A stretch of 64,000 nucleotides of DNA. Origin: Rebecca billardiae RCC1528 (taxonomy: Eukaryota > Protista > Haptophyta). The stretch lies in contig OZ251229.1 in the NCBI GenBank assembly GCA_965240325.2, positions 1,116,001-1,180,000 of the forward strand. The letters are read 5' to 3'. The notes beneath the pieces are model-generated. The model was not told where the DNA came from and did not search any database. It saw only the letters and a program-made list of their open reading frames with translations. A program made the position numbers and the translations under genes. Shown piece after piece: positions 21,938-33,200 of the stretch. The first letter of the stretch is position 1, and the number at the start of each line of letters is the position of its first letter.

Positions 21938-22611
21938 TTAATTCGATCCGCCGCGCCAGTGGCTGATCGATCAATTCTCGATCCGATCGCTGTCACGTCC
22001 GGATCTCCTCTGCCGTCTGCGGATCCGCTATACTCTCATCATGAATGACTCCATTCATGATGGCACGGACTGGTCATCGACATCATTATAGTCTCGTCCG
22101 CCGCGGCCGGCTCGGACAGCGAGCTACTATAGTAGCTTACGGAGAGTACTGCTACTAGCGCCGGTGGCCCGGCGCGGCTGGGGCGCGCCGCGACAGGGCG
22201 CAGCTGCACACAGACTGGCACGACGAGTCAGGGTCACGAAGCCTACGCGTCCGTGATCAAGATCCGCGGCGGACCTCGGGCCCCTTGCGCCTTGCGGGAC
22301 GCCAATCACGGATCAGCAGCGACCAGCGCGGCATGTCGTCTTAGTTAGCTACACGACGGGTGCTCGGCCTCGGATCCGATTACGACGTTGATTCGGGACT
22401 ACCGGAACTGACTACGGTCGTCACATTATTGATGTAGCTAGCCAGTGCTGAAGGACAGGTGCCCGCGCGCGGCGCGCAGATATGAATTCATTCAATCTGC
22501 AGCTTATTCTGCTTGGGAATGAGGTACGTACACTGGTGCGCACGGTACAGACAGGCCGCGCAGCCGTCGTCAGCCCGACTCCGGGCCGACGGCAGCCGTG
22601 CTGCTGGATGG

Positions 22612-24048
22612 CTACGCCATGCCGACGTGAAGCTTCCCCGCGGTGTCGATCGAGACCAGCCTCCCCCTCTTCGGCCCGCTGGTCCCGTGAACGCCAGAGG
22701 CATCCTGGAGAGCGATGGACGCCGCAAACTCCCAGACGTCACGGAAGTTGGCAAAGAACTCTTCCTCGTTGATGCGGCCGTCCTGGTTCACGTCGCGCTC
22801 GTGCATCACCTCCTCGGCGACGTAAGACGGCAGACCCCATGCAGTGAGCAGCGCGCCGATCTCGCGGATGTCGATCGTGCCGCCATGGTCGACATCGAGC
22901 CTGTGAAAGACGTGGTTGGCGACGTCCCTGTCCGTCAGCTTCATCGTCTTCTCGAGCGTGCGCAGCGTCCCAGTGCGCACCACGCCCTCAGGGCGCACAA
23001 AGTGCTTCTTGACCTTGGCGCTCACGCCCTCGCCCCCTGCCGAGTAGATCTCGCCGTCTGGAATGTGGTGATCCGGGTCCATCGTGAGCACGAACGCGAC
23101 GTTGAAGACCATGATCGCTGCGAAGAGGAAGCACATGCTCGTCGAGCCGAGCGACGCCGGCATGCACACGGCCGAGCCGAGCAGGATGGACACCGAGTAG
23201 CGCGCGCCCGCGAGAATGTTGAGGTTGGCGAGGATGGAGAAGGTGAAGCGGTTGAGCACGTAGATGTGCGTCATGATCCACCACTCGACGAGTCCGCGCC
23301 CGAGCGCCTCATACGGATCGGTCCACAGCTCGCCCAGCACGTAGCAGTACATGGCGACCACGAAGATGAACGCCGGCATCATCATGCGCACCGCGCCGAA
23401 GGGCGTGCGCAGCAGGAAGAGGGCCGTCGGCGTGTGCACGGCGAACCCCCAGATGACGAGGAAGCGCGAGAGCACAGTCACCGTCACGCGAAGCTCGTCG
23501 CCTGCGAAGCGATGCATCAACCACACCGTTGGGCCGAGCACCGTTTGCAGCGCGCCCGAGACGATGTGCGCAGACATCACGCGCTTGCGCAGCTTGGTCA
23601 CGGCATACTTGGGGTGGACGGGATGCGTGATGTGATACGTGATCACGAAGATGTCGAGGAAGAGGCAGATGGTGGAGATGACGAGCTGCTGCGTCAGGTG
23701 GTGACTGTCCGTCTCGATCGCTCTGAGATTCTGCGGGCACTGCGAGAACGGGCACCAGAACGAGCCGAGGAGCACGTTGTGTGCGAAGCACGTGAAGACG
23801 ATGACGCAAAAGATCGCGGTCACGAGCGCGGCGATCCGCGTCTCGCGGTACTCCCAGAGAGCGCGCCCAAGCTCACCCGTCTGGCCCGGGCTTTCGACGT
23901 TGCGGTCTGACGACGCGCTCTTGTTGTTGTCCGTGAGATGGAGCTCCGGGTGAAGATTGCGTGCCTCGTCGTCACCGGCGAACTTGACGCCACGCGCTCG
24001 GCCAGACGCAGACCCGCCGCCCGGCGGCGCGGAGTTGCAGGCGCCCAT
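22612..24048 (-). CDS. Multi-pass membrane protein with two C-terminal EF-hands
   Basis: MGAC N-terminus (acylation-like), about 7-8 hydrophobic segments, and EF loops DVDHGGTIDIRE and DVNQDGRINEEE. Confidence 0.85.
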   Translation of the reverse strand: MGACNSAPPGGGSASGRARGVKFAGDDEARNLHPELHLTDNNKSASSDRNVESPGQTGELGRALWEYRETRIAALVTAIFCVIVFTCFAHNVLLGSFWCPFSQCPQNLRAIETDSHHLTQQLVISTICLFLDIFVITYHITHPVHPKYAVTKLRKRVMSAHIVSGALQTVLGPTVWLMHRFAGDELRVTVTVLSRFLVIWGFAVHTPTALFLLRTPFGAVRMMMPAFIFVVAMYCYVLGELWTDPYEALGRGLVEWWIMTHIYVLNRFTFSILANLNILAGARYSVSILLGSAVCMPASLGSTSMCFLFAAIMVFNVAFVLTMDPDHHIPDGEIYSAGGEGVSAKVKKHFVRPEGVVRTGTLRTLEKTMKLTDRDVANHVFHRLDVDHGGTIDIREIGALLTAWGLPSYVAEEVMHERDVNQDGRINEEEFFANFRDVWEFAASIALQDASGVHGTSGPKRGRLVSIDTAGKLHVGMA

Positions 24049-24253
24049 CTGACTCTGAGCGGCGGAGAGCAGCTCGGCGGAGGGGACCACGCGCCTTGGT
24101 TAAAAGGGGCGCGCGGTTTGTCCCTGTTGGTTCTGGCAAGCTTGGAGTTGGTTTACCGCTATACGTTCCATGATGGCCACGCTTCGCCCCCGAGGGCGCG
24201 AGGCGGCGGCGCCGCGTGCGTAGGCACGACCCCCACAACCTGCGCGGGCGCGC

Positions 24254-27200
24254 ATGACGGAGTGGGGAGGCCCTGCCTACCCATCCGTTCTCCTCCCCGA
24301 GCCGAGCGCTCCACCAGCCTCGCTTGCCACCGCGCAGAGTGCATCACCAATGCGCACGCGGCCGACGCGATTCGACGACCTCGACATTGACAAGATCCCA
24401 CCGCCCACGGACGGCACGGGGCAAGGTCAGCGGCGCCACGGCGTACGGTCTGACCCTCAACATGCTCCCTCCAACGTGCTGCCGCGCTCCAACGTGCAGG
24501 CGGCGCAAGTGACAGCCAGCCGGACATCCTCGGCCAGGCCCATCGCCAGCGCGCTCGCCGAGTCCTCCGGGTGCAGGCTCAGCCTGCTGAGCCTGCGTGC
24601 CCACAACACCGCCCGATGGGGCAAAACCACCTCGGCCCACACAGGCCTAAAACGTGCAGCCCCCACCGGCTTACTAGGTGTGACACCCGACTGCCATGCC
24701 CCTGGGGCTGGGACAGCGCAGCTACTACTGCGACACCCGCACCGTGGATATGGCCTGGATGACCGCTGCTTGCTGCCAGCGAGCAAGCAGACACTGGCTG
24801 ATGAGCTGCCGTGCACAGGCTACGTCGTAGGCGATGCCCGGGGGCAGACAGTGGCGCTGGTTCAGGACGGGCCCTCGGTCCCGCCGTGCCCAGCCTGGCC
24901 GGCTGCCTGCGGAGCCTTTCAGTTTCGCAGCCCTGCTGACACCGGCCGGGCTAGACTCATCCTCGGTGCTGAGAGCTGGCCAGGCGACGAAAATGACGGT
25001 TGGAGGCTGGTGAAAGCCCGACATTCGTCCCGACGGCGAGGGCGACGCCGGCGTGCAACGATACCTAAGGGGGGTAAAGCAGCGCCCCAGGGTGATGACT
25101 ATCACGCCTGGTGGGGAGCCCATAACATTAACGAAGCACCCGTGGCGCCGCCTGGCGCCGCGGGTATGGCCCGGCAAGTAATTGTGATGAATGCGCCTTC
25201 AAGTATGAGTACCGGAGGGAGATACCATTGCCTCGCGACTGATGACAGTGCGGACGATGATGCCACACCTCAGACAGACCCGCCACATACTCCGTTGCTG
25301 GGTAAACGGCGCCGCGGCGCGCGCGCGCAGCGGGCCGGTGCTGGTGCTCGGGCCAAGACGCCTGGCGCGGGGGCGCAGGCATCGGCCGAGCCGGGCTTGC
25401 CGAACGCGCACGTGCGCTGCGCCAAAGGCAACGCCGTCGCTACTCTCCCCGATGACAGGATGCGAAGGGCGGCAGCGGCGATGGCCGAGGACACGGGCCG
25501 CATGCTGCCGCACGACATGGCCTCCACGGCCACCGTGCTCGCTGGCGACCAGGCGGCGGAGAAGGTAAATGCCGAGGTGGGCACTTCGTCTCGCCCCGTC
25601 GCTTTCGACCACGCTGCCCGGATCGTATGGCTGGCCCACGCTGTGGTGGCAGCACTGCTGGTGTTGATGCAGATCACACGGATGCCGGCTGCTGGCTGCT
25701 TGACTGAGCTGGGCCTGGCCTCCCTGCCCCCCCCAGTGTGGCCGACGTTCGTCACCGTCGTCGTGCGAGCACAGCCAGCACTGGCCGTGCTCTCAGCAGG
25801 AATAATGGCTGAGGTGCTTGCCTGGCTACTGCTGTTGGCACTACGCAGTCGCCTCACTCTGCCCCCCGCCACAGCAGCGGTCGTCTGTGATGATGTTTGC
25901 TGTGACATGAAGCAGTCTGCCGTGCCGCGCAGCACTGGCACTGCGTGCGGTCGGGATGAGGCAGCGACAGTGCCAGCCTGCCGCAACTACTGGTCGGAGG
26001 TGGCCCGGCGTGCACGGGGTGAGTCTCCCTGCCCAGGTTGGCGACAGGCACGCAGAGCCCACCCGCGCGAGCTGATGCTGGTGCATGGCACAACATGGGT
26101 CGGCCTGCCCAGGAGCAGAGCATGTAAGCGCACTCGCAGGCGCAGGTGCTTGGCCTTGCCCCAGCCCCAGTGGCAGTGGGGCAGGGCGCCCCAGTGGCAC
26201 CACTGCCGCCAACAGGGGCAGTGCAATGGCAGGACAGCTGCCGGGCAGCGTGCCTGCAGAGGTGCTGCCTCGGCCAAGCGCAGGCGTCAGCAAGCGCCAC
26301 ATAAGCAGGCTGTCTTGTTTCTGATTACCATGCTCATGCATGTCCCCCCCAAGCACAAGTGGCACCTGCGTGTGAAGCACTGCCATGACACAGCAGGGCA
26401 TAGTGGAGGGGCAGCAGGCAGGGCTGGGCCTCAGTGCTGCGAACCTACCCGAGCAGAGGATGCAACGTCCAAGCACAAGTGGCACCTGCGTGTGAAGCAC
26501 TGCCATGACACAGCAGGGCATAGTGGAGGGGCAGCAGGCAGGGCTGGGCCTCAGTGCTGCGAACCTACCCGAGCAGAGGATGCAACGTCCAACCAGCGTG
26601 TCGGCGACCCTGACGATGGCCAGCGCCAAGGCGAGGCCAAGAACCCAGGCCCTGGTGCAGGCAGGCAGCGCCTCTCCATTGCGTCCGTCAACGTGGGGGG
26701 CATTGCCAAGCTATCCAGGAGGGCCATGCTCCAGACCCTGCTGGACGACCACCAGTGGGACATAGTAATGCTACAGGAGACAAACCTGCGGCAGGCCCTG
26801 GCCACACCAGACATTCTACAGGGGTACACCACATACCACGACCCCCTCCCTGCTCACCATAAGAGCTCGGGCAAAGGGGTAGCCATTGCTGTCCGCAGGG
26901 ACCCTGCAAGGCCCATGGCTGAGCTGGACATCAGAGTGCAGGGGGGTGCCATGCACAAGTCAGTGGCAGGCCACCTCCTGATGGGCACCCTGATATTCGC
27001 CACGGCAGCAGGGGATGTCTACCACATCCAACTCACATGCTTCTATATCCCATGCAACCCAGCCATGCGCAGCGCGGTGCTCCCTGCCCTGCACCACACC
27101 CTGGAAATGCATTCGGACATGGTCACTGGGCGCACAGATGCCCTACGGATGGCAGCAGGCGATGCAAACGCCGTCTGGGAGCAGGGGGAGGCTGTGGCCT

Positions 27201-30200
27201 TGGACCCTCGCAGGAGGCATCAGAACAAGTCGCAGTGCGCGTTCCGGAATCTGATGGAGTCATTGACTGGCATGCACAACATGAAGCCGCCAGGCACCTT
27301 TGACCCTGCTACTGAGTACACCCACGTGTGTGGCAATACCGCCTCACGCATCTCGTACATGCTCTCGAACAGAGCTGACCTGGCCTGCCACGTCAGGCAC
27401 AGTGACCCTGCTGCAGCGCTCGGCATCCCTCTCCAGACCACCGGCGAGGGTAGGAGCACCCATTTCTTCATGATCGCCGACATACCTGTCAGCAAGCTAG
27501 GCCACATACGACGGCCGAAAGTGCACGTGCGTTGGCAGCCCCACCGCTTCTACTTCAGCGCATCGGACCCACAGCATAGGGCCAAGGTGGTACAGGCCCT
27601 CCGCGGCCCCGCTGCTCAAACCCTGGCCAGAATAGCGGATGACAGTGGCACCATGCACCCTCTGTACAATGACAACAACCTCATTGACTTCCACGAGCAC
27701 ATGGACGCTGCAGCACGCACAGCGGCAGAGGAGGCCCTCCCTGACACGCTGGCAGAGCTTACCAGCCTCGCTGTGGACGGAGTGGGGGCTGCTGACCCAG
27801 CACAGGCCCCCAAAGAGCCGCTGCGCCCAGTGGGCGGGCCCCAGAACCGGGCAGTGGACCCCCGGGCACAGTCCCACCTGACCATGCACAGAGTGTATAG
27901 GGGAATGGTGGCCACCGTCACTCGCATCCTGCAGCTGCGCAGGGCCCACCGGCGCACGGAGTGCCTCGAAGGCCTCACCACAGCCGCACAGAGGGGGAAG
28001 ATGATCCGCTCGCTGGCCATGCCGAACAGCAGGAGGGCAGTCCGTGCCCATGAGCACATATGGGGAGCGCGCGCCGCTCATCCCATGGCACAGCGAAACA
28101 TGGGGGTGCCCCTGCCGGGTGGGGGCACTGCCCCGCCAGGCCAGGCCAGTGTCCCCACCCTGTACGCGCTGTGGCAGCTGAGCCAGCGCGAGATCGCAGT
28201 GTGGCTCGCCGACCTCAAGCAGATATGTACAACTTGCCTCATGGCCTTTGAGCGTGTCCAGCACAGATTTGAGACCGCTCGAATCAAGGAACGCTATGCC
28301 AAGCTCACCCGTGAGATGCACCGGAAAGGTACCCACCACTTGCGGAAGGAGCTCCTGCCCAGGGATAGGCCATCTGGCTTCGAGCTCACCCTCCTCCGCA
28401 CCACCGACCCCACCACTGGCCAAGCAGGTGTCACTGACGACCCTGCACGGATAAAGGAGCTAGCTGCAGCCTACACTGCCTCGAACATCGGCCAGCCGGC
28501 GGAACGCACCCCAGGGCCCCACCCTTATGAGGACGAAGCCATATGGAGGCCGATCAGGGACAGGTGGACCCCCGAGCTAGTAAGGGCAGTCACTGCGCCC
28601 ATGCGCGCCGAGGACCTCAAGCGTATACTGGGCAGGGCCAAGTCCAACGGGGCCCCAGGGCTCGATAAGGTGCAAATTTGCAGCCTCAAACTGGTCCTGG
28701 AGGCACAGCCTGCGCTGAAGACGGTGCTGATCAACTGCATCAACACAATCCTGCACTCCACCTCTCCTCTCCCTGCGCACATCACCCAGTCAGAGATTGT
28801 GAACTTCTACAAGAAGGGCGACGCCCTCGCCCTCAGCAATTACCGGGGAATCGCGCTGCAGAGCGTGATATACAAGATGGCCGCGGCCCACCGGGCCAGC
28901 CAGATACAGCACGTCTGCGACAGGCTGGGGCTGCTCCGACCAGAGCAGGCCGCGTCGCGCGCGGGCGGGCAAGGCGACTTGCATGTGGCTGCGCTCACTG
29001 CAGCCATCGCACATGCCAAGCGGCACAACCGCGAGCTGCACATCACAGCGTGCGACATCGCCAAGGCATACGACAGCGTGCCCATCTCGTCCCTCAGGCA
29101 GGCCCTGGCCCTCCATGGATTCCCGCCTCAGCTCGTCGCCAGCCTCGATCGGCTGGACGAGGGGTCCACAGCTGTCACTAGAACCCCACATGGTCTTACT
29201 GACCCGGTGCCCATCCGGAGGGGATGCAAGCAGGGCTGCCCGCTGAGCCCCATCAAGTTCTGCCTGTTCATGAACATGTTCATCCAGTGGTTCACGGCCA
29301 CGTCCGCCACCGGGTACACTTTCCAGCTAGATGCCACTGCCCGCCTCCCGCAGAGAGGCCCCCCAACAGCCCGCATCCAAGTGCAGGGGTACATGGATGA
29401 CTTGGCCCTGGTGGCCGCCACTGCGGCGGAGAACACTGCCCAGCTCGAGGCCCTCCATAAGTTCCTCGCTGCGCATGGCATGGTTCTCAATCACGCCAAG
29501 TGTGTGCACGCGTACAGGCCGGCGCGCACCCCGCGCGGCGGGCGAGCGTGCCAGCCGGCCGGCCCAGCCGCCCCGCTGTTCCCCCGGGCCGGCCAGGCGG
29601 TGGCCACCGTCCCCACCCTGGACCCGGCGCACCGCGAGTCGTTTGCGTACCTCGGATACCACCTCAACATGGAGTTGGCCTGGGGCGCGCACTCTCGGAA
29701 AGTGGCTGAGCGCCTCCAGAAAGCTGCGTGGCGCGTGGGGGTGGCGGCCATGGACCCCTGTTGCCATACTGTGATGACAGGGACCCTCCTCCAGCACGAT
29801 GTGGTGTCCACACTGGACTACAAGCTCAGTGCCAGCAAGCTCACCAAAGACGAGCTGCGCGGCATGCGCACCACGATCCTGCGCCCTGTGTGGCAGCGTG
29901 TTGGGCTGCCGCACGCGTCCGCGCGCATCGCCGCGTGCGGCCCCGCCAAGACGTGGGGCATTGGCCCCGAGGATCCCCAGGCCAGAGATGCTGGGCAGAA
30001 GGTGACCACTCTGCTGAAGGCTGCGAACTCGCTGGCGGCAGATGGCCACCTGACCCGGAGCGCCCTCTGCGAGTGGCACGCCTGCCTGCACTCGCCTGGG
30101 TTTGCCCCTGCGGCGTACCCCCCGTTCGTCGAGGGTGGGCTGCGCGCGCTGAACACCTGCCCGGCCGGTGCGGCGCGGTGGGCGCCGGCCACCTACCGTG

Positions 30201-33200
30201 AACTCGCGCTCCTCACTCTCAGGGAGGTGTGCGGCTCGCGTGTCGAGCACATCATGGATACGTACTCCAATAGGCTGTCTCGGCGGAAGCGCAGCAGCCG
30301 GACTGCCAGGCTCAACGCCATCCTCGACATGACTGTGGGTGCCACGATCGAGATGGCAGTGCCCAGGGCTGGCCCCAACCTGCCGGGCCGTGCCCACACG
30401 AGCATGCTGGAGGAGAGCATCCTGCGTGATGGTGGGACCTCCGCCGCGCAGATGATACGCGCCACCAATGGGGGAGCCGCAGCAGCTGTCCTCTCCCTTT
30501 TCACAGCGGACGGCAGGAGGGCCCTCCGTGCATACGACCCCGCGCAGGAGTGGATGTGCGGTCGCCTGGCCCATGCCTTGCTGGATGGGCTCGTTGACAA
30601 CTGGCTCACCGCCCCGGAAAACTTTCTGCTCACCGGGCACCTGGGCCCTGCGGACCGGGCTGCGGCCCACGAACTCGAAATCCCTACTGATGGCAGGCTG
30701 CCGGTGCGCGGCCTGCTGGCTGACACAGACAGGCTGATGGCCGGAGTGGATGGCTCCTACGTCCCAGGCAGGGGCCAGGGGGCAGCTGCTGTGGCATATG
30801 CGCTACCCCTCACACCGGGCGGCGAGCGCCATGCCATCACCATCTTCACAGCCACGTACCCCGGCGAGCAGTCAGCCCAGAACTCTGAGATTGCCGCTGC
30901 CACCCTGGGAGTGAAGGTGCTCTCTACTATTGGAGTGCGGCACGCCCACATAGGGTGGGACTGCGATACTGCCCTGCACCACACCCTCCGCGCCCGGCCG
31001 GACTTGACAGCCCCGGGAGAGTCTGTTCCCCGCCAGGGCACTGGCACCGCAGCCAAACTCCTCTCTGGCAGCCCCCACATGGTGCGCCTCCTCCGGCTCC
31101 TGGACATCTGCGTCCCACCGGCGTCGGGTCACCAGTGGGCGTTTCGCCACCAACAGGCAGGCCATGTGGAACTGGACCGCCTGGTTGGCAACACCCTGGC
31201 CCCACTGTGGTCGGCCCTCGACAACGCCTTCTGCGTGAGCTCGGCCCAATGTGAAGCGCTGCTGCGCATAGTGCTCGGACATGCCCCTGGCACCCCACGC
31301 GAAGCTGCGCTCCGTACGGTCTGCAACCTGTGTGCGGATTGGGCCAGCAAGCAGGTCGCCAGGGGTGACCGGCAGGCATCGTTCGCACTGGGGCCGATGG
31401 TCTGGCTGCCGTACAGAGTGTCACTGATGGAGCACGGCTCTGCCACGTTGCTACCGTCCTGCCCAAACCAGGTCCGCACCCGCGTCATGGACAGGGCGCG
31501 CAGGGCTGCGCTGGAGGCACATGCTGCCACGCCTGCTGCAGCAGCGAAGTACAGGCTCAAACTGGCTGGACCCGACAGTGACCAGGAACCCGACCACCAG
31601 GGCGGTACCCCGCTCCCATGCGATGTCAGCGAGTCCACACACTCGCTTCAGAACCAGTGGTGCCGCGAGCGCATCAGTAAGTTTGTGCTGCGCTGCGCGG
31701 TCGGTGCACTGGTTTACAATGCGGATGCTGTGGCAGCCACACCGGCCCTGGCTGGTGTCCGGCGACGGTGCACCAGCTCGCGGGCGACCTATGCCCTGGG
31801 CACAGAGTGCCTATTCTGCCTGAAGGCGGGGGACCCGAACCCAGGGCCGGATAGCGTGCACCACGTCTTCCATCAGTGCCAGCACGCACACGCGCAGCGG
31901 AACGCTGAGGACAGGGTGGGAGCTGCGATACGTAAGGCCTCGAATGGCGCCATCCCACAGCCCGAAGCCACCCGACTCGCGGTCCAGGCGACGCTTCACC
32001 CCTTCTACTATGCTGGCAAGGTGACCGAGGCCACTGTCACAGCTGTGAAGCAAGCACTGGCTGCCCACCAGCCGCCTGGCGGCCAGCCGGTGCCGTACTC
32101 CGCGGGGATGATCCACAAGCCCTTGGCCCTGGCCGCCAGCAAAATCCACGACGAGCGCAGGGCGCTGAGCCTCAGCTCGGCGTATGCCAAGACGTACGAC
32201 TTGGATAAGTACTGGGCCCTCCTCCATAAGCAAGGCCGGGCGGCTGCCAGCCAGGCGGAGCCCGCCCCTGCTGCTGAGGTGGCAGAGCCAGGCCCACCTG
32301 CTGAAGACTCGCCAGCCCCCGATGAGCTGCTGCAACAGCAGCCGGCCGCAGCTGCCCCACCGGCTGCAGATGCCCCCGCCAGCGATGCGCAGGCGCCCGC
32401 TGCGTTGGGGCCTGGCCTTGCTCCAGCAGCGGCGAGCCACCCCCTGCCTGCACAGCTGCTGGGCCCGGTGCCGGAGGGCGCCGCAGCTGGGCCGCCAGCG
32501 GCAGCGCACGCTGGCCTGGCTGGCGCGGCGATGCACGGCGCACAGCGTGGCAGCAGGCGGCGGCCCCGCTCGCCCGATGCAGACGCCCTGGCACACCAGG
32601 ATGATAGCGGTGCGAGTGGGCCCCCTGCCCAGCAGCGGCGGTTGGCAGCAGCGGCAGGCTCCACCCCTCGCACTGCGGGCCCCCCAATCGACGATGTGGC
32701 TGCAGGCCACTCTCAACACCCTGCACACCGGCGGCCCTCAGTGCGGCTGCCACCTATGCCTGCCTACGTTGCTGTCCAGCCACAGTGGCGCGGGGCGGCC
32801 ACTGAGCTGCTGGCAGCAGTGGGGCATGCTGTGTACCCTACTTGCATGCATGGGGACTGCCTCCTGCTGGCAGCCATGGGCTATGTCGAGGAGCGTGCCG
32901 CCGCAGTGGGCCCCTGCACCGCCGCCTACCAGGCAGTCCGCTTCCTCAGGGCAGCTGCTGTGGACTGGGTGCTCGGCACAGCACACCTCTCACGGACACA
33001 CCGGCTTCAATTGGGGCTCGTGGACGCGGATGGACTGGAGGCCATCAGCATGTCTGACAGCTATAGGGCCACATACCATGGGCAGGGTGCCCAGCCAACC
33101 CTGCACGAGTTCGCCGGGCCGCTCAGGGCTGCAGCGAGCTACGGGGCCGATGGCAGGCTCGCCGCCGGTGGGGCGTCGAGGTACTGGCCCACTGTCATGA

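Noticed and set aside
31880-32230. Restriction-like endonuclease after the CCHC finger (Dualen-type)
   Set aside because: No RHD or PD-(D/E)xK motif was recognisable.
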